From: Candidatus Omnitrophota bacterium
GTDB taxonomy: Bacteria > Omnitrophota > Gorgyraeia > Gygaellales > Profunditerraquicolaceae
Direction: 5' to 3'
Length of the DNA stretch: 64,000 nucleotides
Assembly (NCBI GenBank): GCA_003598025.1
Contig: QZKH01000003.1
Coordinates: 311,218 to 375,217 of the forward strand
A model generated the notes under the pieces. The model ran no database searches, had not been told where the DNA came from, and saw nothing but the letters and a program-made list of their open reading frames with translations. The position numbers and the translations under genes were made by a program. Below are positions 29,024-39,871 of this stretch, piece after piece (position 1 is the first letter of the stretch; every line of letters starts with the position of its first letter).

Positions 29024-30259
29024 TCAGTTATTTAGTATTGTATTATAAATATGGCTGTAACTTTCTATCCCGTTAACCAGAGATAAATTCGTTACAGCAA
29101 CATTACGGCATCTGTTCTTTAAGCCAGCATCATTGATTAAATACTGCAACTCTTCCGCTGCCCTTCTGTACTCTGCAGAAGAGAATTCTTTTAGCACACT
29201 ACCGATTTTATTTTCTTCTATTAAGCCGGCTGTATCTCCTATGCCGGAATTAATCACCACAGGCAATCCGCAGGCAAGGTATTCTCCGAATTTTGTCGGG
29301 CAAGATGCCAGCTTTGAAAATACCGGTTTAATAAACATAATTGCAGCATCTGCCCATGATAAATATGCCGGCATCTCATAATGCTTCTTGGAAAGGACAG
29401 TAAAATCAGTGTCTTTAATAAATCCGTCATGCATAGAGTTTATAACTAAATCGCGCTCAAAAGGGGTAATTATCAAAAAATGGGCCTTAGGGTCAACAGA
29501 CTTTAGTACTTTAAAGAACTCGATCATCTCTCTGAGCATATACCATGTTCCGATCGAGCCGCAATATACCATCACGGATTTACCTTCGGGAGGAAAATCC
29601 TCAGGCCTTCGATTACGGGTTTGCCTGTTAAAATTGTCTAAGTCAACGCAACAGGGAATTACCTTTATTTTTGGGGCATGTTTTTTGTTAACGAATATCC
29701 CTGACTTCAATATATCTGCCATTTTATTAGTTAAGACGACTGTATAGTCAGAGCCAAAAAGGAATTTTGCATCAAGATAGTTTACCGCCTTAAACATTAT
29801 TTTTGTAATCAAACTTTCTTTGGGCCACATCCCTCCGTCCACATAATCATAGGCTAATACGCCTCTTCTGTCATAGATGAATTTACACCCGCACAGGCGC
29901 GCGCACAGCCAGCCTATCAGAGATGAAACCTCTGCCCTGGCGTGAACTACCCTGATCCTGTTCTTCTTTACAATAAACACTGCATAAATCAAACCGAAGA
30001 TGCAATCAAGCAGAGTCGAAATCATCTGCGGCTTTTTATGATAAACTAGCCTCTTCCAAAATATCCCTGCGTTCCTTAACCGCTCTTCCATTAGCCGCAA
30101 ATGATCCTTATCTCTTAATAAAGCTTTCTTTTCAAAAGAAAGCAGGAAAAAACGCAATTTATCCTTAGACAAGCCTTTTAGATAAGGGATGACCTGCGAT
30201 TGAGCGATAGGCTCAAGCATGCCATCATAGCTGATATAGAGTATATTATTATCCGGCAT
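29024..30259 (-). CDS. GT4-family glycosyltransferase
   Basis: 411 aa with a GT-B architecture. KFGEYLACGLPVVINSGIGD is the C-terminal motif. Confidence 0.7.
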   Translation of the reverse strand: MPDNNILYISYDGMLEPIAQSQVIPYLKGLSKDKLRFFLLSFEKKALLRDKDHLRLMEERLRNAGIFWKRLVYHKKPQMISTLLDCIFGLIYAVFIVKKNRIRVVHARAEVSSLIGWLCARLCGCKFIYDRRGVLAYDYVDGGMWPKESLITKIMFKAVNYLDAKFLFGSDYTVVLTNKMADILKSGIFVNKKHAPKIKVIPCCVDLDNFNRQTRNRRPEDFPPEGKSVMVYCGSIGTWYMLREMIEFFKVLKSVDPKAHFLIITPFERDLVINSMHDGFIKDTDFTVLSKKHYEMPAYLSWADAAIMFIKPVFSKLASCPTKFGEYLACGLPVVINSGIGDTAGLIEENKIGSVLKEFSSAEYRRAAEELQYLINDAGLKNRCRNVAVTNLSLVNGIESYSHIYNTILNN

Positions 30260-31706
30260 AGATATGCTTCCTTATTTTCATTCTCAATATACCGATATTG
30301 CTTCTTAATTTAGGGTAAGAAAGCAGCCAGTTCTCGATTTTGCTGACAAACCGGTTCACATATATCGCAGCAATAATTCTGTTTATCCCCAGATAAGCCG
30401 GCAATCTTTTCTCGAGGAGTTTTCTCCTGACCAGCCTTTCTGCCCTTCTTGCCTCTTTTAAAGCACTTTTTCTTTCAAAGGCGCTAAATTCAGGGGTAGA
30501 AAAAACCGGTAAGTTGCTTAGCTGCGCCGGAGGGTCCATATTCAGGTATTTTTCCGGCGGCATAATAAAATAATCGTTCTTTCTTACCCACTCGAATAAT
30601 TCTGTGCCTGGTATAGGAACTAGATTATTAAATTTAACGTCTCCGACAGGGTATTTTAATGAGAATCTTATCGAATCCCTTACGTCATCAATGGTCTCTC
30701 CGGGAGACCCGATCAGAAAAAATAAACTCACATAAAATCCAAGGTCACAAGCCATTTTTACCGCGTTTTCAATTGTTTCAAAACTTTGCCCCTTCTTTAT
30801 ATTTTGAAGGATGCGGTCATTTCCTGCTTCAACTCCAAAAGCCAACCGTTTAAATCCGGCTTTTTTCATTTTGGCTAATATCTCAAAATCGACCCTGTCT
30901 GCCCTGACGCCATTACCGCACATAAGCATTACCCCATCAAGATCTTCGGATTCGATGGCAGTGCATAATTCTGACATTCTCTGTTTATTGAATGTCGGAT
31001 TATCCTCCTGGAGCCCAAACTCCCTTATCCCTCTCTTATGCCAGTATTTAAGCTCTTCTATGACATTTCCTGCAGAACGAAACCTGATTTTTTTACCGAG
31101 GATATGGCAAGAACAGTAAACACAAGAATATGGACAGCCTCTTGAAGTCACGATGCTTATCCCGTAGCTGTATTTCTTCAATTCGAACTTATCATATTTC
31201 GGGAATGGCAATCTGTCTAAGTCTTCGATAAAATCGCGCTGGCCGTTGTAAAGAAGATCGGCCCCGTTTCTATAAATCAGCCCTTTTATTTTGTCTAAAG
31301 GAGCACCTCTTACTAAATCCAGCAGTGTGAGTTCGCCTTCAAACGTAACGCCGTAATCGATCGAAGCACAATCATTTAAAGCGCGCTCTTTAAAATTCGT
31401 TATATGCGCCCCTCCGCATACTATCTTAATATTGCTAAAATCATTTTTCAACCTGCTAATCAAGCTGTAAATGTTGTTATAACGATATGTCATTAATCCA
31501 ATACCGATCAAATCGGGGGAAAAAGAAATGATCTTTTCCTTTAAATCTTTATAATCATAACCCAGTGCCATATCAAATACATCATGCTCAATCCCATGCG
31601 ACTCCAATACCTGAGAAATATATCCCAGGCCTGCCGGGAGCACAGGAATTGCGTATACTTTAGAAGAATAAAATGGATTGACTAACAGTACTTTTTTAAA
31701 CCTCAT
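30249..31706 (-). CDS. B12-binding radical SAM enzyme (class B)
   Basis: 485 aa. There is an N-terminal B12-binding-like domain, then SRGCPYSCVYCS CxxxCxxC. Confidence 0.85.
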   Translation of the reverse strand: MRFKKVLLVNPFYSSKVYAIPVLPAGLGYISQVLESHGIEHDVFDMALGYDYKDLKEKIISFSPDLIGIGLMTYRYNNIYSLISRLKNDFSNIKIVCGGAHITNFKERALNDCASIDYGVTFEGELTLLDLVRGAPLDKIKGLIYRNGADLLYNGQRDFIEDLDRLPFPKYDKFELKKYSYGISIVTSRGCPYSCVYCSCHILGKKIRFRSAGNVIEELKYWHKRGIREFGLQEDNPTFNKQRMSELCTAIESEDLDGVMLMCGNGVRADRVDFEILAKMKKAGFKRLAFGVEAGNDRILQNIKKGQSFETIENAVKMACDLGFYVSLFFLIGSPGETIDDVRDSIRFSLKYPVGDVKFNNLVPIPGTELFEWVRKNDYFIMPPEKYLNMDPPAQLSNLPVFSTPEFSAFERKSALKEARRAERLVRRKLLEKRLPAYLGINRIIAAIYVNRFVSKIENWLLSYPKLRSNIGILRMKIRKHIYAG

Positions 31707-31721
31707 CCGGGTTACCTCAAG

Positions 31722-32828
31722 TTATTTACCGTTTAAAAATGCATATCTTAGAATATGCGGGTATGCCCTGGGATTATATACCAAACTGGCTAATATCGCG
31801 CACTCAAAACTGCAGAAACAACGCTTCTCTTTGATATATTTGATTATATTCTTTGCCTTTTCAGAAGCTAAAAGCTTATTTATGTTGTAATCAAAATCTC
31901 TTATATTGCCCATATTGGCATCAATAGTCCCCTTTATTGAAGGTAGTATCTCACACGGCACAACCGAACCATCCTCATAAACCTCAATCATCTTTTTTCC
32001 GGCAAGACAAGGATATATATATTTTTTTTCATTGATTATACGTGACACAATACGGTTGGTGTATTTATATAATCCGTAAAAAATACCCGAAAATTGATAT
32101 TTTCTTTTCTTGAGATTATTATATGCAATATCTTCAACTGTTTTAAGGGCCCTTGTGTATATCTGGGGGCTGACATCCAGAGCCATCGTATCCCTGGTAT
32201 TTCCCCTGGCAAGCAGTAATTCATGCTCATCAACTTTTAAGTTATCCTTTACATAAATAAACACCTCTTCAATATTTTCGGCGTTTGACTTTGAAAGAAC
32301 AGTGGTTATTTTTATATATAGATTATCGCGCCCTTCTTTAAGCCTGCTGATCCTGTTATAAGACTCCATGACTTTATCAAAGCAACCCGGTAAATTCCTG
32401 ATTTTATCGTGTGCATCTCCGACAGCATCAATAGAAAGACAAACATTTACGAGGCAGGCCGGACAATTGATAAGTATTTTTCTTACTGCGCTCTCCAGCC
32501 TGTCAGGGAAAGTCCCGTTTGTCGGTAATGTTATAAACCTGGTACCGCTATTCTTATAAAAGGCCTGGACTATCTCAGCAACATCATCTCTTAAGAACGG
32601 CTCTCCCCCTGCTATAGTTAACTGAATAAGTTTATTGAAACTGCTTGAAATTTTTTCAATTTCTTTAAGAGACAACTCATTAGCTTTAACCGCCGAATCC
32701 TGCTTCTGCCAATTAAAACACATGCTGCATTTTGCATTACAACGAGAGGTAATAAATAATATAAGATAAGCAGGGTATTTGGAAAACAGTGAAAAGGCAA
32801 GAAAGAAAATCCTCTGGAACTTCTTCAC
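31722..32828 (-). CDS. radical SAM protein with Cys-rich C-terminal (SPASM/twitch-like) extension
   Basis: ITSRCNAKCSMCF is a CxxxCxxC cluster, and IAGGEPFL is the SAM-binding GGE motif. The C-terminus has CFCSFEC. Confidence 0.75.
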   Translation of the reverse strand: MKKFQRIFFLAFSLFSKYPAYLILFITSRCNAKCSMCFNWQKQDSAVKANELSLKEIEKISSSFNKLIQLTIAGGEPFLRDDVAEIVQAFYKNSGTRFITLPTNGTFPDRLESAVRKILINCPACLVNVCLSIDAVGDAHDKIRNLPGCFDKVMESYNRISRLKEGRDNLYIKITTVLSKSNAENIEEVFIYVKDNLKVDEHELLLARGNTRDTMALDVSPQIYTRALKTVEDIAYNNLKKRKYQFSGIFYGLYKYTNRIVSRIINEKKYIYPCLAGKKMIEVYEDGSVVPCEILPSIKGTIDANMGNIRDFDYNINKLLASEKAKNIIKYIKEKRCFCSFECAILASLVYNPRAYPHILRYAFLNGK

Positions 32829-33808
32829 TTTTTCCTCCTGATAAAAGAATTAATAAACCCTCTCATTGCGCCTGCAACGATTACATTACATAATAAGAAT
32901 TGAGTAAAAACAGCTCTAAGCAAGAAATAAACTCCTTTCTCTTTAAAAACCAAACCAAAGAATTTCCAGGTAAGTATGACAAAAAATATAAAACTAAAAG
33001 CTGCTGAATAAACAGCATTGCCAAGGAAAAACGATGCAAATAAACTGATAACTGAAAAAAAAGCCAATAGGCACGAAACCCCAAGGCCTTTAGTTGTAGC
33101 GACGTTGTCAAATTTATGCCTCTTCATAAAAAGCCCCACCCAGGAACTTGTACGGAAAAAGAAATTATTGGCAAGCTTAGACAGTGTTACCGGAAAATGA
33201 TGCCTGACCTGAATTGATTCATCGATGTAAATCTTGCCGCCGTTTTGAAGTAATCTGTAACCAAATTCATAGTCTTCGACATCAGCGCCTTTAATATTTT
33301 CATCAAAAAAACCGATTCTTTCAAATAAAACCTTATCAATGATGGCGCAGCGAGGCTCAAAAGAAGTAACCTCACTAAAGCCAAAACCTTGCCAGTGAGA
33401 ATAATCAAGTAATGCTTTAAATTCAGGAATAAAACCAGCTTCAGCCGGTTCTTTCCCATAAATACCGATGAGGGCACACCCTGCCGGAATCTCTCTGTAC
33501 CTGGAGACGAGCTTTGAAAGCGTATCTTTTTCCAGTATAACATCGGAATCAAAGAATATCAGAGTACCTGCCCTGCTTATTCTCGCGCCTTTATTTCTGG
33601 ATGCAGCACTGCCGATATTCGTTTCGTTTCTTATCAGATTTACTGCGTAACGCTTCAACAGGCTCGATAAATCATCCGTGCTGCAATCATCAACTACAAT
33701 AACTTCAAAATCATGATTATCTGCCTGCTTAAAAATTGAATCAAGCAACGCAATAAGCGTATTTAGCGAATTATATACCGGTATAATTATCGAAAAAGCT
33801 GGTTCCAT
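32825..33808 (-). CDS. GT2 glycosyltransferase with C-terminal TM helices
   Basis: FSIIIPVYNS and VVDDCSTDD are present, and the C-terminal third is hydrophobic. Confidence 0.8.
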   Translation of the reverse strand: MEPAFSIIIPVYNSLNTLIALLDSIFKQADNHDFEVIVVDDCSTDDLSSLLKRYAVNLIRNETNIGSAASRNKGARISRAGTLIFFDSDVILEKDTLSKLVSRYREIPAGCALIGIYGKEPAEAGFIPEFKALLDYSHWQGFGFSEVTSFEPRCAIIDKVLFERIGFFDENIKGADVEDYEFGYRLLQNGGKIYIDESIQVRHHFPVTLSKLANNFFFRTSSWVGLFMKRHKFDNVATTKGLGVSCLLAFFSVISLFASFFLGNAVYSAAFSFIFFVILTWKFFGLVFKEKGVYFLLRAVFTQFLLCNVIVAGAMRGFINSFIRRKK

Positions 33809-33809
33809 T

Positions 33810-34805
33810 CTACCAATAGTGTCTTTTATATTTTTTATAAAATGCTAGCGTCCTGCGGATACCATCCTCAAGGCTGACCTGCGGAAACCAACCGAGCATG
33901 TCTTTTATCTTTCCGTAATCAGCTACATAATTACCTACTTCAATCTTTTTTATATCACTCGGATAAGGTACGATCCTGTATGAACCTTTTTTGTTTATTT
34001 TTATTATCAGCCTGGTTATTTCTTCCAGGCTGATAGGAGTGCCTCCCAGGTTAAACACCTGTCCATTGGCTTCATTACGGGCCATGGCGATAATAAAAGC
34101 ATCAACCACATCATCAACATAGCTTACATCCCTGACCTGAGCGCCATCCCCGTATAATTTCACTTCATTGCCGTCAATAACCTGGCGGATAAGCCAGTTA
34201 ATTATTCCCTGACGGTGATGGTGCATCTGGTGCCTGGGCCCAAAGGTGTTGGTAAGCCTTAAAGAGCACGCTTTTATACCATAGACCTCGTTATATAAAA
34301 GGTGGTAACTCTCCCCTGCAATATTGTTTATGCCGTTAACATCAGCAGGCTTCAGCGGGTGCTTTTCATCTACGGGTAGATACTCAGGCCTGCCATATTG
34401 GCTGCGGGTGCCTGCGAATATGATTTTTATCCCCGGATTATAATTTCTGCAAGCCTCTAATATGGCAAGTTGAGCGGCACAGTTAACTTCAAGGTCTGTA
34501 AACGGATCCGTCATGCTGTCTATATGGCTTAATGTCCCGGCAAGATTAAAAAGCAGGTCTTTATCTTTAATAAGGAAGTTCATTGAGTATTTGTCACGGA
34601 CATCGGAAAAGTTTATTTTAACTTTGTTCTTTACCTGGTGAATATTAAACATATTACCGCCGTATTGCGGTATCAGGGAATCGACGATAGTCACGCTGGA
34701 TTTAAGCTTAACCAATCTTTGCGCAAGAGTACTGCCTATAAACCCCAGGCCCCCGGTAATAAGCACGGATTTTCCTTTATAATATTTTTCAAGGTTCTTC
34801 ATCAT
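33810..34805 (-). CDS. NAD-dependent epimerase (paralog of 1483..2472; CDP-paratose 2-epimerase-like)
   Basis: ITGGLGFIGSTL, NLAGTLSHIDS and GPRHQ are present. It is about 45-50% identical by eye to the 1483..2472 product. Confidence 0.75.
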   Translation of the reverse strand: MMKNLEKYYKGKSVLITGGLGFIGSTLAQRLVKLKSSVTIVDSLIPQYGGNMFNIHQVKNKVKINFSDVRDKYSMNFLIKDKDLLFNLAGTLSHIDSMTDPFTDLEVNCAAQLAILEACRNYNPGIKIIFAGTRSQYGRPEYLPVDEKHPLKPADVNGINNIAGESYHLLYNEVYGIKACSLRLTNTFGPRHQMHHHRQGIINWLIRQVIDGNEVKLYGDGAQVRDVSYVDDVVDAFIIAMARNEANGQVFNLGGTPISLEEITRLIIKINKKGSYRIVPYPSDIKKIEVGNYVADYGKIKDMLGWFPQVSLEDGIRRTLAFYKKYKRHYW

Positions 34806-35524
34806 GCCTGCCTTTCTTTAAAATTTAACGTCCACCATAATTTCAGGATATCCCTTCCCACTTGATAAATCCTTACGATATTGAAAAACTGCGACTTACC
34901 ATACACGCGGTGATAATGGCTGACACCGGTTTCAGCAAAAGAAAACCCGGCATTTTGTATTTTCTTTATCATCTCAACGCAAATAACACCGCTGTTATAC
35001 CTAAGCTTGATCTTATCAAATATACTTCTCCTCATCAGCCTGAAATCGCAATCTACATCCCTGATCTTAAAGCCAAACATAAGCTTCATCGTGTATTGGT
35101 AAATCCCTCCTATCACTTTCCTGCTAAGGCTATCACTCCGGCTGAGTTTATAGCCGTTGACAATATCTACTCCGGGGCCAAGGCAGGAAATAAGATTATT
35201 AAGCTCAGTAACGTCATATTGAAAATCGCCATCCGTATAAAAAATGAATTCTTTTTTTGATGAATAAATCCCTGACCTTAAGGCGCCACCATAGCCCTCA
35301 TTTCTTTCATGATAAATAAGCCTAAGAGCAGTATATTTTTTACACAGCTCTTCCAAAACAACCCGGCTGTTATCAGTGCTGCAATCATCCACTACTATTA
35401 TTTCATAGTCATCGCTTACCTGCCGTGCCACCTTATCCATAATCACAACCATGCTGGCAATAGAGCCGGCATCATTAAAACACGGGAAAAAACAAGAAAG
35501 ACTGATTTTTTTGTCCATGGTCAT
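34802..35524 (-). CDS. GT2, DPM1-like polyprenyl-phosphate sugar synthase
   Basis: VVDDCSTDNS, YTDGD and DVDCDFRLM are present. The likely true start is the second Met at 35518, with AAAGGA 6 nt upstream. Confidence 0.8.
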   Translation of the reverse strand: MTMDKKISLSCFFPCFNDAGSIASMVVIMDKVARQVSDDYEIIVVDDCSTDNSRVVLEELCKKYTALRLIYHERNEGYGGALRSGIYSSKKEFIFYTDGDFQYDVTELNNLISCLGPGVDIVNGYKLSRSDSLSRKVIGGIYQYTMKLMFGFKIRDVDCDFRLMRRSIFDKIKLRYNSGVICVEMIKKIQNAGFSFAETGVSHYHRVYGKSQFFNIVRIYQVGRDILKLWWTLNFKERQA

Positions 35525-35632
35525 TCCTTTTTATGCGTTGGCGGCCACAAAATCGCACCTTCGAAGATGCTGATGGAGCTCGGCCTTTCAGTATTTAGCT
35601 CCAAGAAACCTCTGGCTAAAGCCCGAGAAGCT

Positions 35633-36673
35633 TCATTTAATTTTTCCGAAGGCATAACCGTCCTTCCAGAATAAAATCAGGCCGGCAAGTATAACCGGCA
35701 TAGTATCAACGAACTGATAAACCAGTGAAAAGCTGAGTGCATCGGCCTTATTTATCCCAAAGGCGCCCAAGCCAACTATAAAACCCATCTGCATGGTCCC
35801 TAAGCTACCTAATGACGGTATCATTACAAAGAGGCCGATTACAACGAGAAGAAGACAAGCTGCCATTAGCCCTAATTCTATGGAGAAAACTTTAAACATG
35901 TAATAAATGGTCAAAGCTGCCATAAGCCAGATTATCAGGGATAATACGGCAATCATTGACACCTTCTTCCACCCCCGGAATATGACCAATCCCTCGGAAA
36001 GCTTAGTAAGCCGGACAGAACAAAAATCAGCAAAACTTAACGAAAACACTCCTGCAAACCGGCAAATCAATTTGATAAAATAACCTGAATTCCTGACCCA
36101 TATCAACAGAAATAATAAAATTAAAAAGCATAGTATCCCGAAAATCAATGCCAGCTGCTTTACATGGATGTTGTACAGCGCTTTTTCTAAACCAGTTGTA
36201 CTAAACAGCCCTACCCAGATAAAAATAACAACGCTAAATAAAACTAAAGTTAAAGCATCCCAGAGGCGTTCAAGAAGGACAGTCCCCAGGCAATAACTCT
36301 TGCTTACCGAGGATTTATGCCCCAATATATAAGCCTTATACACTTCCCCGGTCCTTGCCGGTAAGATATTATTAGCCATTAAACCGACAACTGTCGCAGA
36401 AAACAAAAGTTTATTATCCAGCTTTCTATCAAAAAATAAGCCCCAGCGTACTGATCGTATGTAACAATAAAGCCATAAACTTAATAATGCCGGTGCGACA
36501 TAAATATACTTCCCTTGCAAGATATAGGAAAATATCCCGGAGATAGTCGTTCCTTTAAAAGCGATGTATAACGCAGACAAAGTAACGAAAAACGATAATA
36601 GCAATGGTAAAATCTTAGTTTTTTTCATTTTTAAAAGAATTCTTATAAGCTGTCCAAACAACAGAGATACCAT
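35633..36673 (-). CDS. flippase-like polytopic membrane protein (LPG-synthase-TM/UPF0104-like)
   Basis: About 8 TM helices. A polyprenyl-phosphate-sugar GT2 immediately downstream and a GT-C protein upstream is the classic three-gene arrangement. Confidence 0.5.
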   Translation of the reverse strand: MVSLLFGQLIRILLKMKKTKILPLLLSFFVTLSALYIAFKGTTISGIFSYILQGKYIYVAPALLSLWLYCYIRSVRWGLFFDRKLDNKLLFSATVVGLMANNILPARTGEVYKAYILGHKSSVSKSYCLGTVLLERLWDALTLVLFSVVIFIWVGLFSTTGLEKALYNIHVKQLALIFGILCFLILLFLLIWVRNSGYFIKLICRFAGVFSLSFADFCSVRLTKLSEGLVIFRGWKKVSMIAVLSLIIWLMAALTIYYMFKVFSIELGLMAACLLLVVIGLFVMIPSLGSLGTMQMGFIVGLGAFGINKADALSFSLVYQFVDTMPVILAGLILFWKDGYAFGKIK

Positions 36674-38435
36674 AAGCCAGATAAATCAGTAAAAACTGCT
36701 CAATAGGCGCCCGATGCCTATATGACGCCTCGGTAATAAAATGTATTCCTGTCCTATAAGCGATAAAAATCAATATAAGTAAATGCGTCCCAAATAACCC
36801 ATATCTCCTGAAAGCCGCAAATATGCCTATTAATGTAAGGATATACGCATAAAACCACAAGCTGTAATAATAGTTGCTCAATCTATATAGAAATATCGGG
36901 TCAATCCCGCCATACCCCTGGTTTAAATACATAGCTTTAAATTTCATCCAATAATTATTGCCAAGGACCCTTAAAACAAATGACGGCTTCTCGTATAATA
37001 ACTTAAGAAATGACCCGGGGGCAGATAAATCAATTCCGGCTTTGACTAAGTCCGGGTTTTCTCCGCGGAGATAACTCTCTACTATTGGGTAATTTGTCCC
37101 TTCGGCGGATGAAACAGGATAATAGGTCCCCAGATTAACTTTGTTTCTCAATGCAAAAGGAGATAGTGAAATCAATACGAATACAACTATCAACAAACAG
37201 TCAACCACTGTTTTTTTAAAACCGGCTTTCCTGGATAAAAATAACATTAGCCCTAGAATAACCATAAATGGATAAAAAAAGTTTATCTCTCTGGTAGCAA
37301 TAGCCAGCCCCCAGATAAGCCCGGTTAATGCAAGATGCAGATTTTTTGCTTTAAAATTGCCCTGATAATAGATATATACTGCAAAAAGCATAACACCCAA
37401 AGTTGAGTAGAATAAATCCAATGCCTGGTGGCCTATAGCCGAGGAAGAAAAAATTGCCGAAAAATTTAAAGCTGACATAGCTGCAGTAATCCTTGCAGTT
37501 TTAAGGTTAAATAAAATTTTAGAAATAAAATACACAAAAATACAGGCCAGCGAAGTAAATATGCCCTGGATAAAACATACCGCAAAATAACTCCTGCCAA
37601 ATATCGCATATACCCCAGACACAAATAACCAGTAACCGGCGACTAAGGCCTCGGTTATGTTGTTTCCCTGCATATAAGCATACGCAAGAGAATCATAAAG
37701 CCTGCCATCAGAACCAGTATCGATATATTCTGGAACCGACATTATCCTGTATAAGTAAAATATCCGTAACGCAAGGGCAAAAATAAAGATTAATAACAAA
37801 AATACCTTCTCATTAAGCAACCAGCCTTTAATACTGCTTGCCCTTACAAAAATTGTATTTTGGGCCGGGTACTTTTTGAGAGACCTAAAAATTCCTAAAC
37901 CAAAAACTAAAAGGATGAAACATGGCAGAAATATAAATCCGTTTAAAAAGAGTGCCGAAGCTATATACACCAGAAGCATTAAAAACAAAGAGGTATAAAC
38001 ATTGGATGAATAACTCTGCCCGCTGTTTTGATTTCTGTTCAGTTCAAATACCTTTGATGAGTATAGTGCTAATAAACTAAAAGCTGACAAAATAAACAAG
38101 TCACAATAAAAAACATAAGCCTGGCTTCCTAATAACCGGGCGGCTCCTTTTGAAAGTTGAAATTTTAACATTAATAAATCAATCAACAAATGCTGCAAAA
38201 AACCAAAAACCAGCATTTTCTTTATTATATTTACAAGTCTTATTTTAAGAAGATACGATATAAAAGCTGAATATAGGAAAACTACTAACCAAAAAAATAC
38301 AGGAACAGGAAAACCTTTATGCACTGCAATAGGAAAATCAAGGCTGAATAAAGATGATATCTTTGGGCTCAAGGAAATAAGCTCAAGCAAAACAAATACG
38401 GCTGCCGCTAAAAAAATGATTGCCTGTTTTTTCAT
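36615..38435 (-). CDS. large polytopic membrane protein, GT-C-like (ArnT/PMT-type) glycosyltransferase candidate
   Basis: 606 aa with more than 12 TM helices and loop acidic motifs. It neighbours a GT2 polyprenyl-P-sugar synthase and a flippase-like protein. Confidence 0.45.
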   Translation of the reverse strand: MKKQAIIFLAAAVFVLLELISLSPKISSLFSLDFPIAVHKGFPVPVFFWLVVFLYSAFISYLLKIRLVNIIKKMLVFGFLQHLLIDLLMLKFQLSKGAARLLGSQAYVFYCDLFILSAFSLLALYSSKVFELNRNQNSGQSYSSNVYTSLFLMLLVYIASALFLNGFIFLPCFILLVFGLGIFRSLKKYPAQNTIFVRASSIKGWLLNEKVFLLLIFIFALALRIFYLYRIMSVPEYIDTGSDGRLYDSLAYAYMQGNNITEALVAGYWLFVSGVYAIFGRSYFAVCFIQGIFTSLACIFVYFISKILFNLKTARITAAMSALNFSAIFSSSAIGHQALDLFYSTLGVMLFAVYIYYQGNFKAKNLHLALTGLIWGLAIATREINFFYPFMVILGLMLFLSRKAGFKKTVVDCLLIVVFVLISLSPFALRNKVNLGTYYPVSSAEGTNYPIVESYLRGENPDLVKAGIDLSAPGSFLKLLYEKPSFVLRVLGNNYWMKFKAMYLNQGYGGIDPIFLYRLSNYYYSLWFYAYILTLIGIFAAFRRYGLFGTHLLILIFIAYRTGIHFITEASYRHRAPIEQFLLIYLAYGISVVWTAYKNSFKNEKN

Positions 38436-39871
38436 TAAGGTTGCTCCTTCAGTATCTTTTTACCGGATATTTTTGTGATACCGATTGCTGCCCAGATAGC
38501 TACTACAGGAGTAATCATATCCCTGAAGCGTAATACCGTCCCGATATTTGCCTGGGTCAAAGACAAAGCAGAAACCAATAAAAACGAATAAATCAAAAGA
38601 ATCAGATACCTCTTCCAGGCATAACGAAGAGAAATAAATAAACCTAAAGGCGAAAGTAAAACCATAATATACCAAAGCAACATCTGAGGATAAGCCAAAA
38701 ACATGGTTTTTTTGACAGGTCTGAATATATTAGGCTCAAAGATGAAATGAAACAAACCTCTCATATAAGCCATTATATATTGCCCATAGCTTAGCTTGTT
38801 AGCAGGATACACATAACACTCTTCATCAGGCTGCTTTCCAAATACAAAATATGGATTTAAGATATAGTACTTGTCTTCAAGTATCCTGTAGTTATTCCCG
38901 GGCGTCTTTGCTGAAGCCTGATGCAAAGATAACACCCTGAATATTTTTTGACGGAATATCTTATCGATCTTGGCCGGGCTAAGCCTGAATAGCACTATAG
39001 ATGAAAAAATAATGATTAATACAATGAATATCTTCACTTTAAGACGCGGGTGTCCGGAAACAGCTAAAGCTGTTATAAATAAACTAAGCAACACTATTGG
39101 CATAATAAATTTTCTCAGGGTTGAGAGTATAAATAATGCAATAAATATCGCAAAAAATAATATTATCTTCTGCCGGACATAAGGATAAGAAGTCAATTTT
39201 ATAAAAAGCCAGAATATGCATAAAATCACCAGGATTAAAGATGCGTCTTTAAGATTGGTTATGGACCACAACAGCAATGACGGAAAAAATGCCATTAACA
39301 AAGCGGATATTCTGCTTACATTTAAAGAAAAAACCTGCCGGCAGACATAATAACAAACAACCGGTATCAGTGAACCAAAAAGGCAATTCATTATGGCACT
39401 TGATACAGGGCTGAAACCAAACAAGTAATTAAACCCGGCTATAATAAAATTGTAGCCCTGCCATCCATAAACAGGGTTATAAGCCGAGCCAAGAACTTTC
39501 TGGGTAAGAAAAAAACCTCTCCAGTCTAAAGACATCCAATACCCTCTCAATGTATAGTAGGCGCTGTCACCGATGAACTTAACAGACCAGCCAGGATATC
39601 CGGGATAAAATAAAACTTCGTTTCTTGAAACCATAAACGCGCTGACTGAAAAAAGCAGAAGCAGCCTTAACAAAAATGCAGCCATAAAAAGATTCATTAT
39701 AAACCTGGATTCGGCATCAGCTTTTATATTTTTTTTAAGAACTACCAGTAAAACAACTAACGAAACAGTAAAACCTCCGGGACTTAAGAAAAATAATAAC
39801 CCTAAGAGTGCTGATATGATCACAACCTTTATATCGATCATCGCCGCTATCATCTCTCTATCGCTTTCCAT
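38435..39871 (-). CDS. polytopic membrane protein, GT-C-like candidate
   Basis: 478 aa with about 11 TM helices. Its start codon overlaps the stop of the upstream gene by 1 nt. Confidence 0.4.
   Translation of the reverse strand: MESDREMIAAMIDIKVVIISALLGLLFFLSPGGFTVSLVVLLVVLKKNIKADAESRFIMNLFMAAFLLRLLLLFSVSAFMVSRNEVLFYPGYPGWSVKFIGDSAYYTLRGYWMSLDWRGFFLTQKVLGSAYNPVYGWQGYNFIIAGFNYLFGFSPVSSAIMNCLFGSLIPVVCYYVCRQVFSLNVSRISALLMAFFPSLLLWSITNLKDASLILVILCIFWLFIKLTSYPYVRQKIILFFAIFIALFILSTLRKFIMPIVLLSLFITALAVSGHPRLKVKIFIVLIIIFSSIVLFRLSPAKIDKIFRQKIFRVLSLHQASAKTPGNNYRILEDKYYILNPYFVFGKQPDEECYVYPANKLSYGQYIMAYMRGLFHFIFEPNIFRPVKKTMFLAYPQMLLWYIMVLLSPLGLFISLRYAWKRYLILLIYSFLLVSALSLTQANIGTVLRFRDMITPVVAIWAAIGITKISGKKILKEQP

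Noticed and set aside
20189-38675. Nested minus-strand ORFs in alternative frames (20189..20506, 28280..28495, 32036..32233, 32618..32800, 32881..33111, 33187..33552, 38460..38675; also 49398..49583 and 62888..63088).
   Set aside because: They lie entirely inside larger ORFs with clear family signatures and have no recognisable domains. They are frame artefacts.
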